From Anthoceros angustus (Eukaryota > Plantae > Anthocerotophyta): a stretch of 64,000 bases of DNA. The DNA is taken from contig MU008175.1 in the NCBI GenBank assembly GCA_010909165.1, forward strand, positions 797,370 through 861,369. Reading direction: 5' to 3'. The notes below the pieces were generated by a model, which ran no database searches, was not told the DNA's origin, and saw only the letters and a program-made list of their open reading frames with translations. Both the position numbers and the translations under genes were made by a program. Below are positions 23,147-34,869 of the stretch, piece by piece (position 1 is the stretch's first letter; each line of letters begins with the position of its first letter).

Positions 23147-26100
23147 TCACAGAATTGTACATTTTCTGAAGAACGATCGCTGCCATGCTGCTTTTGCAGC
23201 GGCTAAGAAGGATGATCCACTACCCTTTGCAGCTGATTCTTTCAATTTTTCGTCTGCCTGTTCGACTGCTGGACCTCTCCGGGGCGTCTCAATGTTGGCA
23301 GCGTCAGCTGAAGCCTCTTGCGAATTTTTTTGCTCAATAGTCTTGGATTCGCTTTCAACCTGCTCTGACAGCTCTCCAGGCTTCTTGTCGAACAATCCTT
23401 TGAACTGCTTGCGCGCTTTCAATTCACTCTCCTGCACCATCAAGGGAATTACACGTTTGAGCTACTGGTGTGGGAAAAGTTATCGGTCAATTCTCTGCCG
23501 GAGAGGTAGTGAGAAGTTGACACCTGCTCTCGCTTCTTCAGCTTTGCGAGTGCAGTTTTCGCGGTTGCTTCTGTGTTCTTGTCAAGTTCTAGCATCTGAA
23601 TCACGAGCATGAGTTATTGTATCACCATCTCCTATGCTACTACGTGAACAACATCCAAAAGCTGGAAGTTAAGGTCGATCCACCTTCTTCGACTCCATAC
23701 CTTAATGAAGTCAGCTTTTGCTTCTGCAAAATCTCCCGTTGCAGTGTATGCGAGACCCCGTCTGTAGTATGCCTTCGCGTGTAGAGGGTTTGCTTCCACC
23801 ACCTGTTATTTGCAGCTTGTCTAGCTCACACTATCCAATAGAATGCACAGACGACAGGCACCAACTCAGGAGGTGGACTTGAACTTGCCTTGTTGCACAA
23901 TTCAATGCATTTTATGTGCTCCAGCAGATTATGAAGGCATGCCGCCACATTGAGCTGTATTGCCGCCTGCTCATAACCAACACATTAGCAGCTCAGATCA
24001 AATTGGCACCAACCGCATTCCAGCCCAAAATCTTCAGTACTTCACCTTCACTTCAAGAAGCTCTTTGCTTTCGACATCATCTTGGGGATGCACATGGTTA
24101 AAGTCCCTGAGCACCTGCGATACAAGGTCGGTGTCACCTTCCTGGCAGGCCTTGCAAAAATGAGACGATGACATTACCACTGACCTTGTCATACTTCGCC
24201 TTCGCTAGCTCATACTTTCCCTCCTTGAACAGCCGATTGCCCTGTCAACCCACACACATTAGAAAACAGATTTCGGTCTTCACATCATGCAGAAGGAGCA
24301 GGACAGCTCGTTTACCGTTCCCTTAATTCTGTCAGCCTCAGACATAATTTCTCGAAAATTCAATCCTGTCCAATCCTGGCAAATCATGGTTGTCAGCTTA
24401 GATGTCAAAGCACACAACACCTTGCACTGCTCAGATGCAAGGACACGCATGCTAGGGTAACTTCCCCACACACCTTGGGTTTTTCAAACCCCAGCAATTC
24501 CACTTCCCACTGAATACGAGCACCGTCTGGAACATTGCTAGGCCTGCTCTGCACCAGTTGCAAGATTATTGCCTACAAGATGCCATGGAAGTGCCTACAA
24601 CCTAGTCCGCTCTCTGAACGCAAGTGTTGAGCGAACCTGGGGAATTTGTCATAAGCATAATGTGGTTGACAGCTGATCAGGGATACTTCTTCAGGGAGCA
24701 TTAGTTTACAAGAAAGTTCCAACCCTTCAGGCACCTGCTCGCCGTATGACAACCAAAAATCTGTCAGTATGGACTCACTGCCCACAGAGGGTTCAAGGAG
24801 ACAACCCCCTGAGAAATGGACAAGCACAGTGTACTGTCCATAGACAGAAAGCAGCAGCTTCTGCAGTGTACTAGTACCACACTACCTGTCCTTCCCCTGA
24901 TGAAAATTCCAGGGGCTGTCCTTCATTGTCTACTCGAGTATCGCAAAATACCCTGCCTCCCTCATCTGGAAGCGTACCTTTGTAGTGTATGCGCAAAACA
25001 CTGTCCTCCAATGGACAATCCATAGGAAAATCGCCTGCGCAAGACACAGCTGCTAGAGTCCACCATGGATGTTCCTTAGCCAAGTGACTTTAACCTAGCA
25101 AACAGTAGAAATTCTCGACCTTTCCCATCTCGAACTCTTCGCTTGATGACACCACCATCCCCAAGCACATCTCGAACCTGTTCCGTGTTCATAATGTGAA
25201 GAAATTACTTTAATACAAAATTACACTGCATTAGTCTCCTTTGTTTGCCGGTATGAAAAAGGGAGCTACCTGGATTAGTTGGACCAGCTCCACCTCAAAC
25301 ACCACTTCCTCAGTCTCTGGTGCCAGCTCTTGAATGCTTGGAGCTGCAGTCACATATGCTTTCGAGATATATATGATAGCCTTCTCGCCCCTCACCATTG
25401 TCCCTATCCCCTTTTCTAGCCCAACCGGAATCTGGTTACAACACAGTCCACGAGTGAAGGGATTGGAGGCAACAAGCGTCTCAGCTGGGCAGCTTGGGCC
25501 TTGGCTATTGCAGGCATAAAAGGGGAGTGGAGTGGGATGTAAATAACCTCGTTTTTGCCAAAGGTAAAGTGGAATGGCTGCTCAGCGTTGCAACTAAGGA
25601 ACTTTGTGCCACCATATACCCAACCTGTCAACCTAACCATCTTGGCAGGGAAATCACGTCAATGAGAAGCTATTCTGTGGTTCTGCTGCTGCTCAAGTAA
25701 AGAACACGCAAACACCACGAAGATGCAAACACCACGTCTTCAATAAGAGTCAACCTGCAAAGACAAAAGAAAGCTATTCATGAAGTGATCTTACCAAACT
25801 TTGGCTTCGTACGGAGGTCTACCAGTTTCCCAGCTGTTCCCTTCAGCCAATACCTGCAATATCAAGGCGAGGTTGCATGAACTCTTGGTTTCAGTTAGCA
25901 TTAAACCAAGATGAACGGCAGCACCAGAAGATCCTGCAGAACCGATGAGCGACCAATCATACCTGCTTCGTGACACCAGCATCGTCTGTAACTAACTGTG
26001 GACACCCAGAAGCAACCCGGGATGTCAACCCATGATGGTGCGACGTGAACCCACAACAGCAGACACAAATTGATACATTCTGAAACCTCTACGAAAAAGC

Positions 26101-26923
26101 TAAGGTTTACTGCCAGGGCACCAAATACCACCTTGATTGGCATGAAGTCCAACAGTTCAACTTCAAACATCAGCAGCTGGTCTTTAGGATAGTCATCTGG
26201 CACTTGTATAGGGCAATCTGGGTCGCCATAATGCAGTTCTGAAATCACCTTCAGCTGTAGATAAAGAACAAGTCATATCGAACTTCCGGTCCAATTGCAT
26301 CTCCAAAGAATCACCTCAACATTGTCCTGCTGTTCATCAGCATTTGGGTGCAGCTCACCATAGCTATTTCACCTTTCAGCATGCTGGGGATTGCCTCCTC
26401 CCAGCCCAGAATCATTTTGCTTTTCCCTAGCACTAACCTGTGCGGAATGCCCTTTCCTGAAACCCAGACATCGTAAGAAACTAAGGTGAGGAGAATTCAT
26501 CACACCACATCCACAGCTCAGGCCGGTGCTTCCAACCTCCATATTCAGCTCGAGTCGACTCCACAATCACGCCCTCAGCTGTCCTGGTTGTGCAATGAAA
26601 AATCACCTACAAACCGCACAGGGTGACCAAAAATCTCCACCACCTAAGTCGCAAACGGTAAATCCGCAGAAACCACCAACCGTACTTGGTCGCCAGACTG
26701 AGGAGTCTTTTCCCCTGCTCCTTCTCTTACAACCGCCTTCATCAACCCTCCTGGAGGCACCACCTTCTTCTTCTTCCTGCATACCCAACACAAGATTGAT
26801 TTCGAGCGCTCCTCAACATCAGAAATGCACCAAAAGGACAGGCGCAGATGCAAACTTGGGAGCCTCCTTCTTCTTAGCATGTCTCGGCAGGATCTCCTCG
26901 GCTTCCTCGTCTTCGGCTGCCAT
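23147..26923 (-). CDS. PAS1: Triple-FKBP plus TPR immunophilin PASTICCINO1/FKBP72
   Basis: VPPGGLMKAVVREG, HYGDPDCP, GDFPMDCPLEDSVLRIHYKG, GQPLEFSSGEGQVPEG, DWTGLNFREIM, TPR exons, ARKQFKGLFDKKPGE and C-terminal CTIL*. Confidence 0.92.
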
Positions 26924-27961
26924 TCTTCAAAGACAGAAACGAATTGCCCGAGTTCCCTCGTCGGGGTTCAACCCAATAACACTTCCCCCTTCCCAGTCTG
27001 AAACCTTCTCAAATTGCGTCCCCCGTCTGGAACCTTCTCAAAATGCTGTACAGATCGACGTTCCCTGCTTCTTGTTCCCCTGCAAAGAGAGCATCCTAAA
27101 CATAGCAGCCAGCGGTCCTTTAATTCCCAGCAGAAACCGACAACGACAGGCGACAGAGATTCCAAGGAAATCTGCCCAAGACACTAATTCCAATCCGGGC
27201 TTTGTTTGTTGAATTAGAATGCACGGTGACACATACCTGTCTCTCTTCTCTCCCGACCGGCAAGCCGATCCTTCCACTTCAGCTAATCACAAAGCGCAGA
27301 TCTGATCTGATCTGAGCTAGTCTGGTTCTTATTTGAGCTGAGACCGAGGAGATTAAAGTGCTTTGTGATTATCAACAGAAACTCTGATCGCAGGGCTTTG
27401 GTTTTTCTTGGGCCGCAAGGCGGAACGGGTATTGGATTTGGGAGGAGTAATGATTTTGGTCACTCAAAAGGAAATCCGCAAGGACCACTGAGTAGGACCG
27501 TGCATCTTTCCAGGGGCATGTCCAAGCCTTCCAGACCTGAATGCTTGAAGTCCTGTCAAAGTGTCAGCAGATGAGCTGACACGACCATGCCATGGTCCAC
27601 AAGCTGTCACTAAATTCCCGTGCAAGTTGAGAGCAGAGAGTGTGGAGATTATGCATAACAACAGAGTTGGGGGAGGCGTTCGAACAAAAACGGCCACCAT
27701 ATTCCATCAGTCACAGGTCCCGACGGTGAAAAGGAACATTTGCAGACAGCAGATAGGTAGACTAGGTAGATGTGCTCCTTTGCAAAATGGAACACATTTC
27801 ATCCGCTGGCTCTACCGCAAGCAAGGCTAGGCCAACAAGGTTTATCAAACTGACAAGGTAATCAGGTTAACAAGGCCAACATGGGTGACGAGACCAACGC
27901 GGTTAATGAGGCCAAAGAGTCAGGTACACGGCTAAACAGCTTTTTCTACTTGCGGTAAACC

Positions 27962-30739
27962 TCAGTAGCCAGCTCGAGGCTGTTCCCAACAAAAGTCATC
28001 AGATATGTCCGCCGAAGCCAAGTGTAGATACGGCACAAACCCTTCTTTTTGCATGTCAACAACAAGCTGTTCCAGTGTTGCATGTATACCTTCACTCTCG
28101 GGATGCTTGCTATCTCCAACCGAAAAATGATGAACGAATCCATCCATGTCTGTCCACCAGCTCTGGCCTGGCTGCTTCCATGCCCCAATTCGTTTCCTCC
28201 TAGCCTGCATCCCCTCTGCCTCCTCCCACATCTGAGCTCCAGTGTATATGCTCGACATGAGCACATAGGCTGCAGGATCCTTTTCATCTAGTTTCACTGC
28301 TTCATTGAAAGCATGGCGTCCCACCTCCACATTGCTCCACTTTCGACATGCACCCAGTAGAGTATGCCAAACTGCAGCATCAGGCCGCACAGACATTGTT
28401 CTTGCCACCGCTAGTCCCTCATCAAGGTGGCCTGCACGACCCAGGAGATCCACAATGCAGGTGTAGTGCTCTGCATTGGGATTGATCCCGTAGTGTTTGC
28501 TCATGGCTTCAAAGTACTCCCTTCCCCTGTTCACTAATCCTGCATGGCTGCAAACAGTTAATAAACAGTTAAATGTGACGTCATTTGGCTGTATACCATC
28601 CTCTTTCATTCCGTGAACCAAGTCAAAGACCACTTGGCTATCTCCTTGACGAGTGTATCCTGCAATCAGTGCATTCCATGCGACCACGTCTTTTTCAGGC
28701 AACGCATCAAACGCCTGCTGTGCATCAACCATGCTCCCACACTTTGCATACATGTTTATCACACTGATGGCCACAAAAACATCAGTTTCAAGTCCCTGTT
28801 CTTGAATGTCTACATGAAGCTGCCTTCCCAGATGCAAAGCTCCGACGTTTGCGCATGCCTGAAGGAGGCACAGAAATGTCACAGAATTGGGTGCGGCGAT
28901 GCCTTCTTCTTGCATATCCCTGTAGAGGTTAAGGGCTTCCTGGCCCATGCCCTGCTGGGAATATCCTGTGATCAGAGCAGTCCAGGTCACCACATTTTTT
29001 TGGCCTAGTTCATTGAACACCCCCTGAGCATCTTGTAAGCTGCCGCACTTCACATACATGTTTACCAGGCTGCAACCTACAACCACATCAGCTTGAAATC
29101 CTTGTTCTCCAATTTGTGCATGAAGCTGCTTCCCCGTGTTCAAAGCCACAGCACCCACGGTTGCACATGCCTGCAGAAGGCAAACATATGTCACACTGTT
29201 GGGTGGAGCAATGCCCTCCTTTTGCATAGCATTGTAAACATACAGGGCTTCCTGAGCCATACCCTGCTGAGTATATCCTGCTATCAAGGCGGTCCATGTC
29301 ACCAAATCTTTCTTCCCAAGTCCGTCAAATACACTCTGGGCATCCTGTAGGCTGCCACATTTTGCATACATGTCTACCAAGCTGCAACCTACAAACACAT
29401 CAGCCTGAAGCCCTTTCTCTCTAATATGTGCATGAATTTGCTTCCCCTTCTCCAAAGCCGGCACGCCCAGAGATGCACATGCCTGCAGGACACACAGAAA
29501 TGTCACAGAATCAGGTGCAGTGATGCCTTCTTCTAGCATAGCACTGTGAAGGTGAAGGGCTTCTTCACCCATGCCCTGCTGTGAGTATCCTGCTATTATG
29601 GCATTCCACGTCACCACATCTTTTTTTCGAAGTGCATCAAACACGCTGCGGGCATCCTGTAGGCTTCCACATTTTGCGTACATGTTGACCAGGCTGCAAC
29701 CTACAAAAACATCAGCCTGGAGCCCCTGTTCCCCAATCCGTGAATGTAGTTGCTTCCCATTCTCCAAAGCCATCGTACCCAAACTTGCACATGCCTGCAG
29801 GAGGCAAACAAACGTCACAGAATCAGGTTCTGTGATGCTTTCTTCTTGCATAGCACTGTAAAGCCGAAGTGCTTCCAGACCCCTGCCGTGCTGTGAATAT
29901 CCCGCAAGCATAGCATTCCACGTCACCACATCTTTTTCAGAAAGTTCGTCAAACACTCTCTGAGCATCTTCCAAGCTACCACATTTCGCATACATATCTA
30001 CCAAGCCATTAGACACAAATAGACCAGGCGCAAGCCCACTGTCCACCACATCGGCATGCACCTGCTGCCCAGCCTCCAAGTCTGTTCCCCTTGCACAGGC
30101 CTGAAGGGCTGCTACAAACACATGGGCATCTGGTTTCACACTTGACCTGCGCATCTGCTGATATAGCTGTATGGCTTGCTTAGCTTGCCCATGTTTAACA
30201 TGGGCCGAAATAACACAAGACCATGTGAAAGCATCTGGCTGGGCAACCATAGTGAACACATCCATGGCCTCTTGCAACCTGGCATGGGAAGCATACATCC
30301 GCAGGATGTTGTTCCACAAGAATGTCTCAGGCTCATATCCCTTCTTGACGATGAGAGCATGGACACGGCGGCCCAGAACCAGATCCTTCTTCATCACACA
30401 TCTTTTAAGGACAGTATAAAGGACAGTTTGCGGGATACCACGGTCTGCCTGCACTAGAACTCCCAGAGCCTCAACAGCCTCCTTAACCTGGCCCTGCCCA
30501 CAGAGCCTGCTTACAGTATCCGCCGTTACACACCTACCGTATCCTGTAAGCCCACGAGGGTCGGGACGGTCGCATGCAAAGGCTTGATGACCCATGTGCA
30601 CATCCACAACTGCCAGCTGCGCATTCACCCAAGCTGGCTTGTAGGAGTTGTTTAGCCACCCAACCTCATGGGACTCCCTTTGCCCCAAGACAGGCAAACG
30701 GGACCTCCAGAGATATAACCCAGAAAGAGCTGTGTCCAT
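27962..30739 (-). CDS. Intronless PLS-class PPR protein, E+/truncated WW-type DYW; paralogue of 10970-13348
   Basis: 925-aa ORF ending KQPGQSWWTDMDGFVHHFSVGDSKHP...MQKEGFVP, then a stop before an intact HSE motif. Confidence 0.93.
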   Translation of the reverse strand: MDTALSGLYLWRSRLPVLGQRESHEVGWLNNSYKPAWVNAQLAVVDVHMGHQAFACDRPDPRGLTGYGRCVTADTVSRLCGQGQVKEAVEALGVLVQADRGIPQTVLYTVLKRCVMKKDLVLGRRVHALIVKKGYEPETFLWNNILRMYASHARLQEAMDVFTMVAQPDAFTWSCVISAHVKHGQAKQAIQLYQQMRRSSVKPDAHVFVAALQACARGTDLEAGQQVHADVVDSGLAPGLFVSNGLVDMYAKCGSLEDAQRVFDELSEKDVVTWNAMLAGYSQHGRGLEALRLYSAMQEESITEPDSVTFVCLLQACASLGTMALENGKQLHSRIGEQGLQADVFVGCSLVNMYAKCGSLQDARSVFDALRKKDVVTWNAIIAGYSQQGMGEEALHLHSAMLEEGITAPDSVTFLCVLQACASLGVPALEKGKQIHAHIREKGLQADVFVGCSLVDMYAKCGSLQDAQSVFDGLGKKDLVTWTALIAGYTQQGMAQEALYVYNAMQKEGIAPPNSVTYVCLLQACATVGAVALNTGKQLHAQIGEQGFQADVVVGCSLVNMYVKCGSLQDAQGVFNELGQKNVVTWTALITGYSQQGMGQEALNLYRDMQEEGIAAPNSVTFLCLLQACANVGALHLGRQLHVDIQEQGLETDVFVAISVINMYAKCGSMVDAQQAFDALPEKDVVAWNALIAGYTRQGDSQVVFDLVHGMKEDGIQPNDVTFNCLLTVCSHAGLVNRGREYFEAMSKHYGINPNAEHYTCIVDLLGRAGHLDEGLAVARTMSVRPDAAVWHTLLGACRKWSNVEVGRHAFNEAVKLDEKDPAAYVLMSSIYTGAQMWEEAEGMQARRKRIGAWKQPGQSWWTDMDGFVHHFSVGDSKHPESEGIHATLEQLVVDMQKEGFVPYLHLASADISDDFCWEQPRAGY

Positions 30740-30949
30740 AGCTGTAACCTCACTATTCCCAGCCAGACATTCTCTTTATCGGGCTGGGTAAAAGCAGCTG
30801 CCCCTACAGGCTCAGTTGTGAGCCAAAGGTCCACACCTCTCACACCCTGACATCAGTCGACGGAGCTCTCCAACAGCTGACTGGATGGCAATTTGGCAGG
30901 CCAAAAGACCTGTGCAGTCAACCTGGTCAATTCTCAGCACTCAGGTATT

Positions 30950-31625
30950 GAGGAAACCACAGCTGATAAGAGATACTTCCTTCTTCAGGGAGCATCAGTT
31001 TACACGAAACTTCCAGTCCTCCCGACTCCTGCTCATCATACAGCGTAGCATAACTCTGCCAATGTGGGCTCACTGCCCACGCTGGGTTCAATAAGAGAAC
31101 TCCCTGAGAAATGGACAGGGACAGTGTACTGTCCATGGACTGTCGAACAAGCTCGCTTTGTCCGTGTTTACCAAACATTGTCTTCGTATGGAGCTCTACC
31201 CCTTTCCCAGCTAATCCCGTCATCCACTACGTACAACATCAAGGCGGTTTTAAGAACTCGTTGATCTTAATGAGCAACATACGAACAGACCATACAGCTT
31301 CCAGCAGACCCCATACAAGGTGAGCGCTCCTCACCCCGCCACCAGACCAACGACCAGACGACATGGCAACATCAGAATGGCATGCAAATGTTAGGCTGCA
31401 GATTCAAACTTGAGAGCCTGCCTGGGTCTCCTCATCTCCATCGTGTTCAGCTGTCATTCTTCAACAACAGGCATAAACTGTCCAAATCCCGTCGTCCCGA
31501 GTTCCACCCGAAAACCAGCAATTCATCTCTCACTAGAAACCGACAATCACACGCGACCGAGCTTCCGAGGAAATCGGTCAGAGACAAAAGTTCCTATCTC
31601 TGCTTTGTTTGTCGTCATTAGAATG
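30950..31625 (-). pseudogene. Decayed, internally deleted duplicate of the PAS1 5' region
   Basis: About 31535-31625 matches PAS1 upstream DNA about 27133-27221. About 31320-31470 matches exon 1 and intron 1 (ATG 31457 MTAEHDGDEE vs MAAEDEEAEE). About 30950-31140 matches about 24660-24845, including intron sequence and GLEVSCKLMLPEE vs GLELSCKLMLPEE. Confidence 0.85.
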
Positions 31626-31781
31626 TAGCGGATTACGCTATGGAGATAGCTACATAGTCTGGTGCACTTACGCAAATTGCAAAACGCCGGCCTGACTCTA
31701 CTGCGGCCTGCTAGATAATGTCCAGGCAGCATCTGAGCTGGTGTGGTGCTTATTTGAGCTGAGCGGGGAGATTACAGTGCT

Positions 31782-32840
31782 ATGGGGCGCTATGGCTTGG
31801 GGCAGCTGTCCCGCTCGGCTTCGTGGCTCCAAAGCGGGAGGCGACTGAGAGCAGCTGCTGCTTTGCTGAGAGCGGACCGAGGTTTCAGCGCGAATTCTGA
31901 GTCGGGGACCGAGCCTCAGGCCAGGGCTGGGGAGTACCAGGATGGGAGGACAGCCCACACAGTGTTCGAGCCCGGGAAGCTGCTGGGAAAGACGGCGCTC
32001 ATAACCGGCGCCGGGAGCGGGATCGGGCGGCAGGCGGCCTTGCTGTTCGCCCACGAGGGAGCTTCAGTGGTGGTGTCGGACGTGAACATCGCGGCTGCTG
32101 CCAGGACCGTGGATGCAGTGAAGGAATTCGGGGGGCGGGGGTATGCCGTCACCGGGGATGTGTCCAAGCCGGAGGACGTGGCCGCCATGGTCGACAAGGC
32201 GGAGAAGATGTTTGGCTCCCTGCACATCCTCTTCAACAACGCCGGCATCATGGACAGCCAGGACGGGGATGCTGTTAGCACGTCGGACGATGTAATTGAG
32301 CGCACCTTAGCTGTGAACGTGAAGGGAGTTATCTATGGCTGCAGGTAGCTGCTCTGCTGCCGCTTCCTCTTCCTGCTGCTGCCTTTCCGTGTCCTGCATG
32401 ATGCTGATCAGAGCTTTTCGTCATGGCGTGGTTCCAGATACGGCATACCAGCCATCAGGAGGGCGGGCGGAGGGACTGTGATCAACACTGCATCCTTCGT
32501 TGCCTTCATGGGAGCTGCAACTCCGCAGATCGCGTACACTGCCAGCAAAGGTGCAGTAGTTGCCCTCACCCGGGAGCTGGCGGTCATCCATGGAAAAGAA
32601 GGAATCCGCGTGAATGCACTGTGCCCGGGGCCCATCCGAACGAAGCTGCTCATGGATTTTCTGGACACAGAAGAGAAGAAACAGAGGAGGCTGGTGCACA
32701 TTCCCATGGGCAGATTCGGCGAGGCCATGGAGATGGCCAAGGCTGCCTTGTTTCTCGCATCGAATGACAGCTCTTTCATGACGGGAGCTAGCCTCCTGGT
32801 GGACGGAGGCTTGACCGCAGCTTATGTCACTCCTGAGTAA
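31782..32840 (+). CDS. Classical short-chain dehydrogenase/reductase with a probable mitochondrial presequence (exons 31782-32344, 32438-32840)
   Basis: TGAGSGIG, NNAG, YTASK and DGGLTAAYVTPE*, with an Arg/Ala/Leu/Ser-rich N-terminal extension. Confidence 0.93.
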
Positions 32841-33185
32841 CCATCTTTACTCCCTGCTCCACCTCCACACCAGCTCCAAGGGCGCATCTTATCTATCTTG
32901 CACATCAGGGCACGGCAAGCGTCCTGCCAATGAAGCAAGTATATTATTGCGGTTCATCAACATCTCCTAGTTGTGGCGAAAAATGGATCCGACACAGAAT
33001 CATAGTCTTGGCAGTGACGGCAAGTGCTTCAACATGCTATAGAAATCGGCTATAGCCTTCTCGTCGCTGGGACCAGAACCCCGACGGCTCATCTGTGTCA
33101 CTACCACTCTTGTCACATCTCCATGCAAAATGGTCTTCCGCGAGGTCTGTAGCCACCGACTGTAGTGGATTTTCAAACAAGCACC

Positions 33186-33540
33186 TCATACCTGCAATTG
33201 TCAACCGAGGGGTTATGAGTAGGCAGCAGACGAGGGCTGGTGTACTCACAAACCTAACATCACAGCAAAGAACCAAACAGCGATCAAAGATTAGCACCTT
33301 GAAACCCTCCGCCCGTAGGCAGCGCAAGTGAGCATCTATCCACTTAGAGCAGGCGTCCGGGCCGTGCTCCGCAACGCACTCGTCTCGTATCCGCTTCGTG
33401 TCTGGACAGGCGCAGCAGATCTTCTTCTTCGGCACAGCTGATTCCGCGGGAGCAACATCGGCAGCGGACGCCGCCGTAGATGCCACCGCGCCGCCGCCGC
33501 CTGGCTGCGAGTGAACTTCCAGCTGTTTCTGCGGAGCCAT
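33186..33540 (-). CDS. COX17: Cytochrome c oxidase copper chaperone
   Basis: KKKICCACPDTKRIRDECVAEHGPDACSKWIDAHLRCLRAEGFK|V*. An intron precedes the last codon. Confidence 0.95.
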
Positions 33541-34869
33541 GCTTGAGCCGCGAGCGGGAATCGGGATCTGGGAATCGGAAATCGGAAATCTGCTGTGCCG
33601 CAGAGCAGGACGCACTTCACCCGGAATCCAACGTAACTGTTTGAACGATTTGGGTGTGACCTCCAATACATGAAGACATGTTTACGGCTTGTCCAGAAAC
33701 AGGACACCACCTTTAGCACCCGTTTCTAACTAACTCGTGGTGCCACCGCGCTTCCCTGTATGAATGTACACTATAACTACCATGCACATATGTACTATCA
33801 TATACATATAACTACCATACTACCTGCGTGCGTCCTAGTTTGCCCATTCAATAGTGGATAATTAAAGTACTATGTATGAGCTAGTAATCATTAAATCATT
33901 TTTTTATTTAAGATGATAATGATAGGAGTATCTTTCCACCTATAATTATGGGGTACTGTAAAACGTGCAGAGATTTAAAGGTCGTTCCATTTGAGTATAT
34001 CTATTTTACATATATTTATATATATGAAATCCTAAACCTAATTTTGAAGAGAATAACCTAAAAACTCATGTTTCACAGGAGAATATGAGCAAATAAATCA
34101 TAATGTACTAAGTTGTTATACCACTAGGATGCTGGAAGGGGTTAAAAATATTTTATACTCTAAAAAACAAAGGGGTTAAAAAAATATGGAATTTTTCATA
34201 TCTAGCCTAGGGATTTGGAATGCTTATGACATCATATGGCAGTCGTGGATCACAGTCAATGAACTAGGTAAATGATTATTAGCTCTACCATTGCAGTCAC
34301 AAGATTTTCAAGCTCCATAAACACCTCAGAGAAACGGGTCAGGTTTGATATTTTGAAGCCTCTGCTTAGATTTAAGAGAGAAAATTATTCGTAGGGCTCA
34401 TAGTTTGCTAGAGGCCATAGCGGATGATAATTTCCGCTTTGCGACCCACAATCCAAAGTTCATCTAAATTTGATGGAATGCTAAACTTCATCATTTGTAA
34501 TCTAATCAACACATTGTTGTTTACTAATCTGATCTGTGTTTTTGCACAAAAAAAAAAACATTGGGAACTGAACCAAAGTGACTTAGCAACTAGTTGCAGC
34601 ATACCAGATTGCTCGTGAGCTATAGGGGTTAATCTCAGCACACCAGAATGCTAGTGAGTTGGACAATCTCGCAGAGATTTGCTTGCCTAATCACAGGTTG
34701 ATTTTGGCGGCCTGATCAATAGACCGCAATTTCTTGAGAATGTTACATTTAGGCTCTCTTAGCGTAATTAAGTTGAAACTTCCTTCTAAAGTCAACAAAT
34801 TATTGTTAAAATTTACTAAAGAAGTTTTTGGAAAACATTACATGATTTCAGTATTCAGTATTCGGTATT

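Noticed and set aside
33840-34860. AT-rich block with repeated AGGGGTTAA (piggyBac-like ends)
   Set aside because: No matching inverted terminus or transposase remnant was found.
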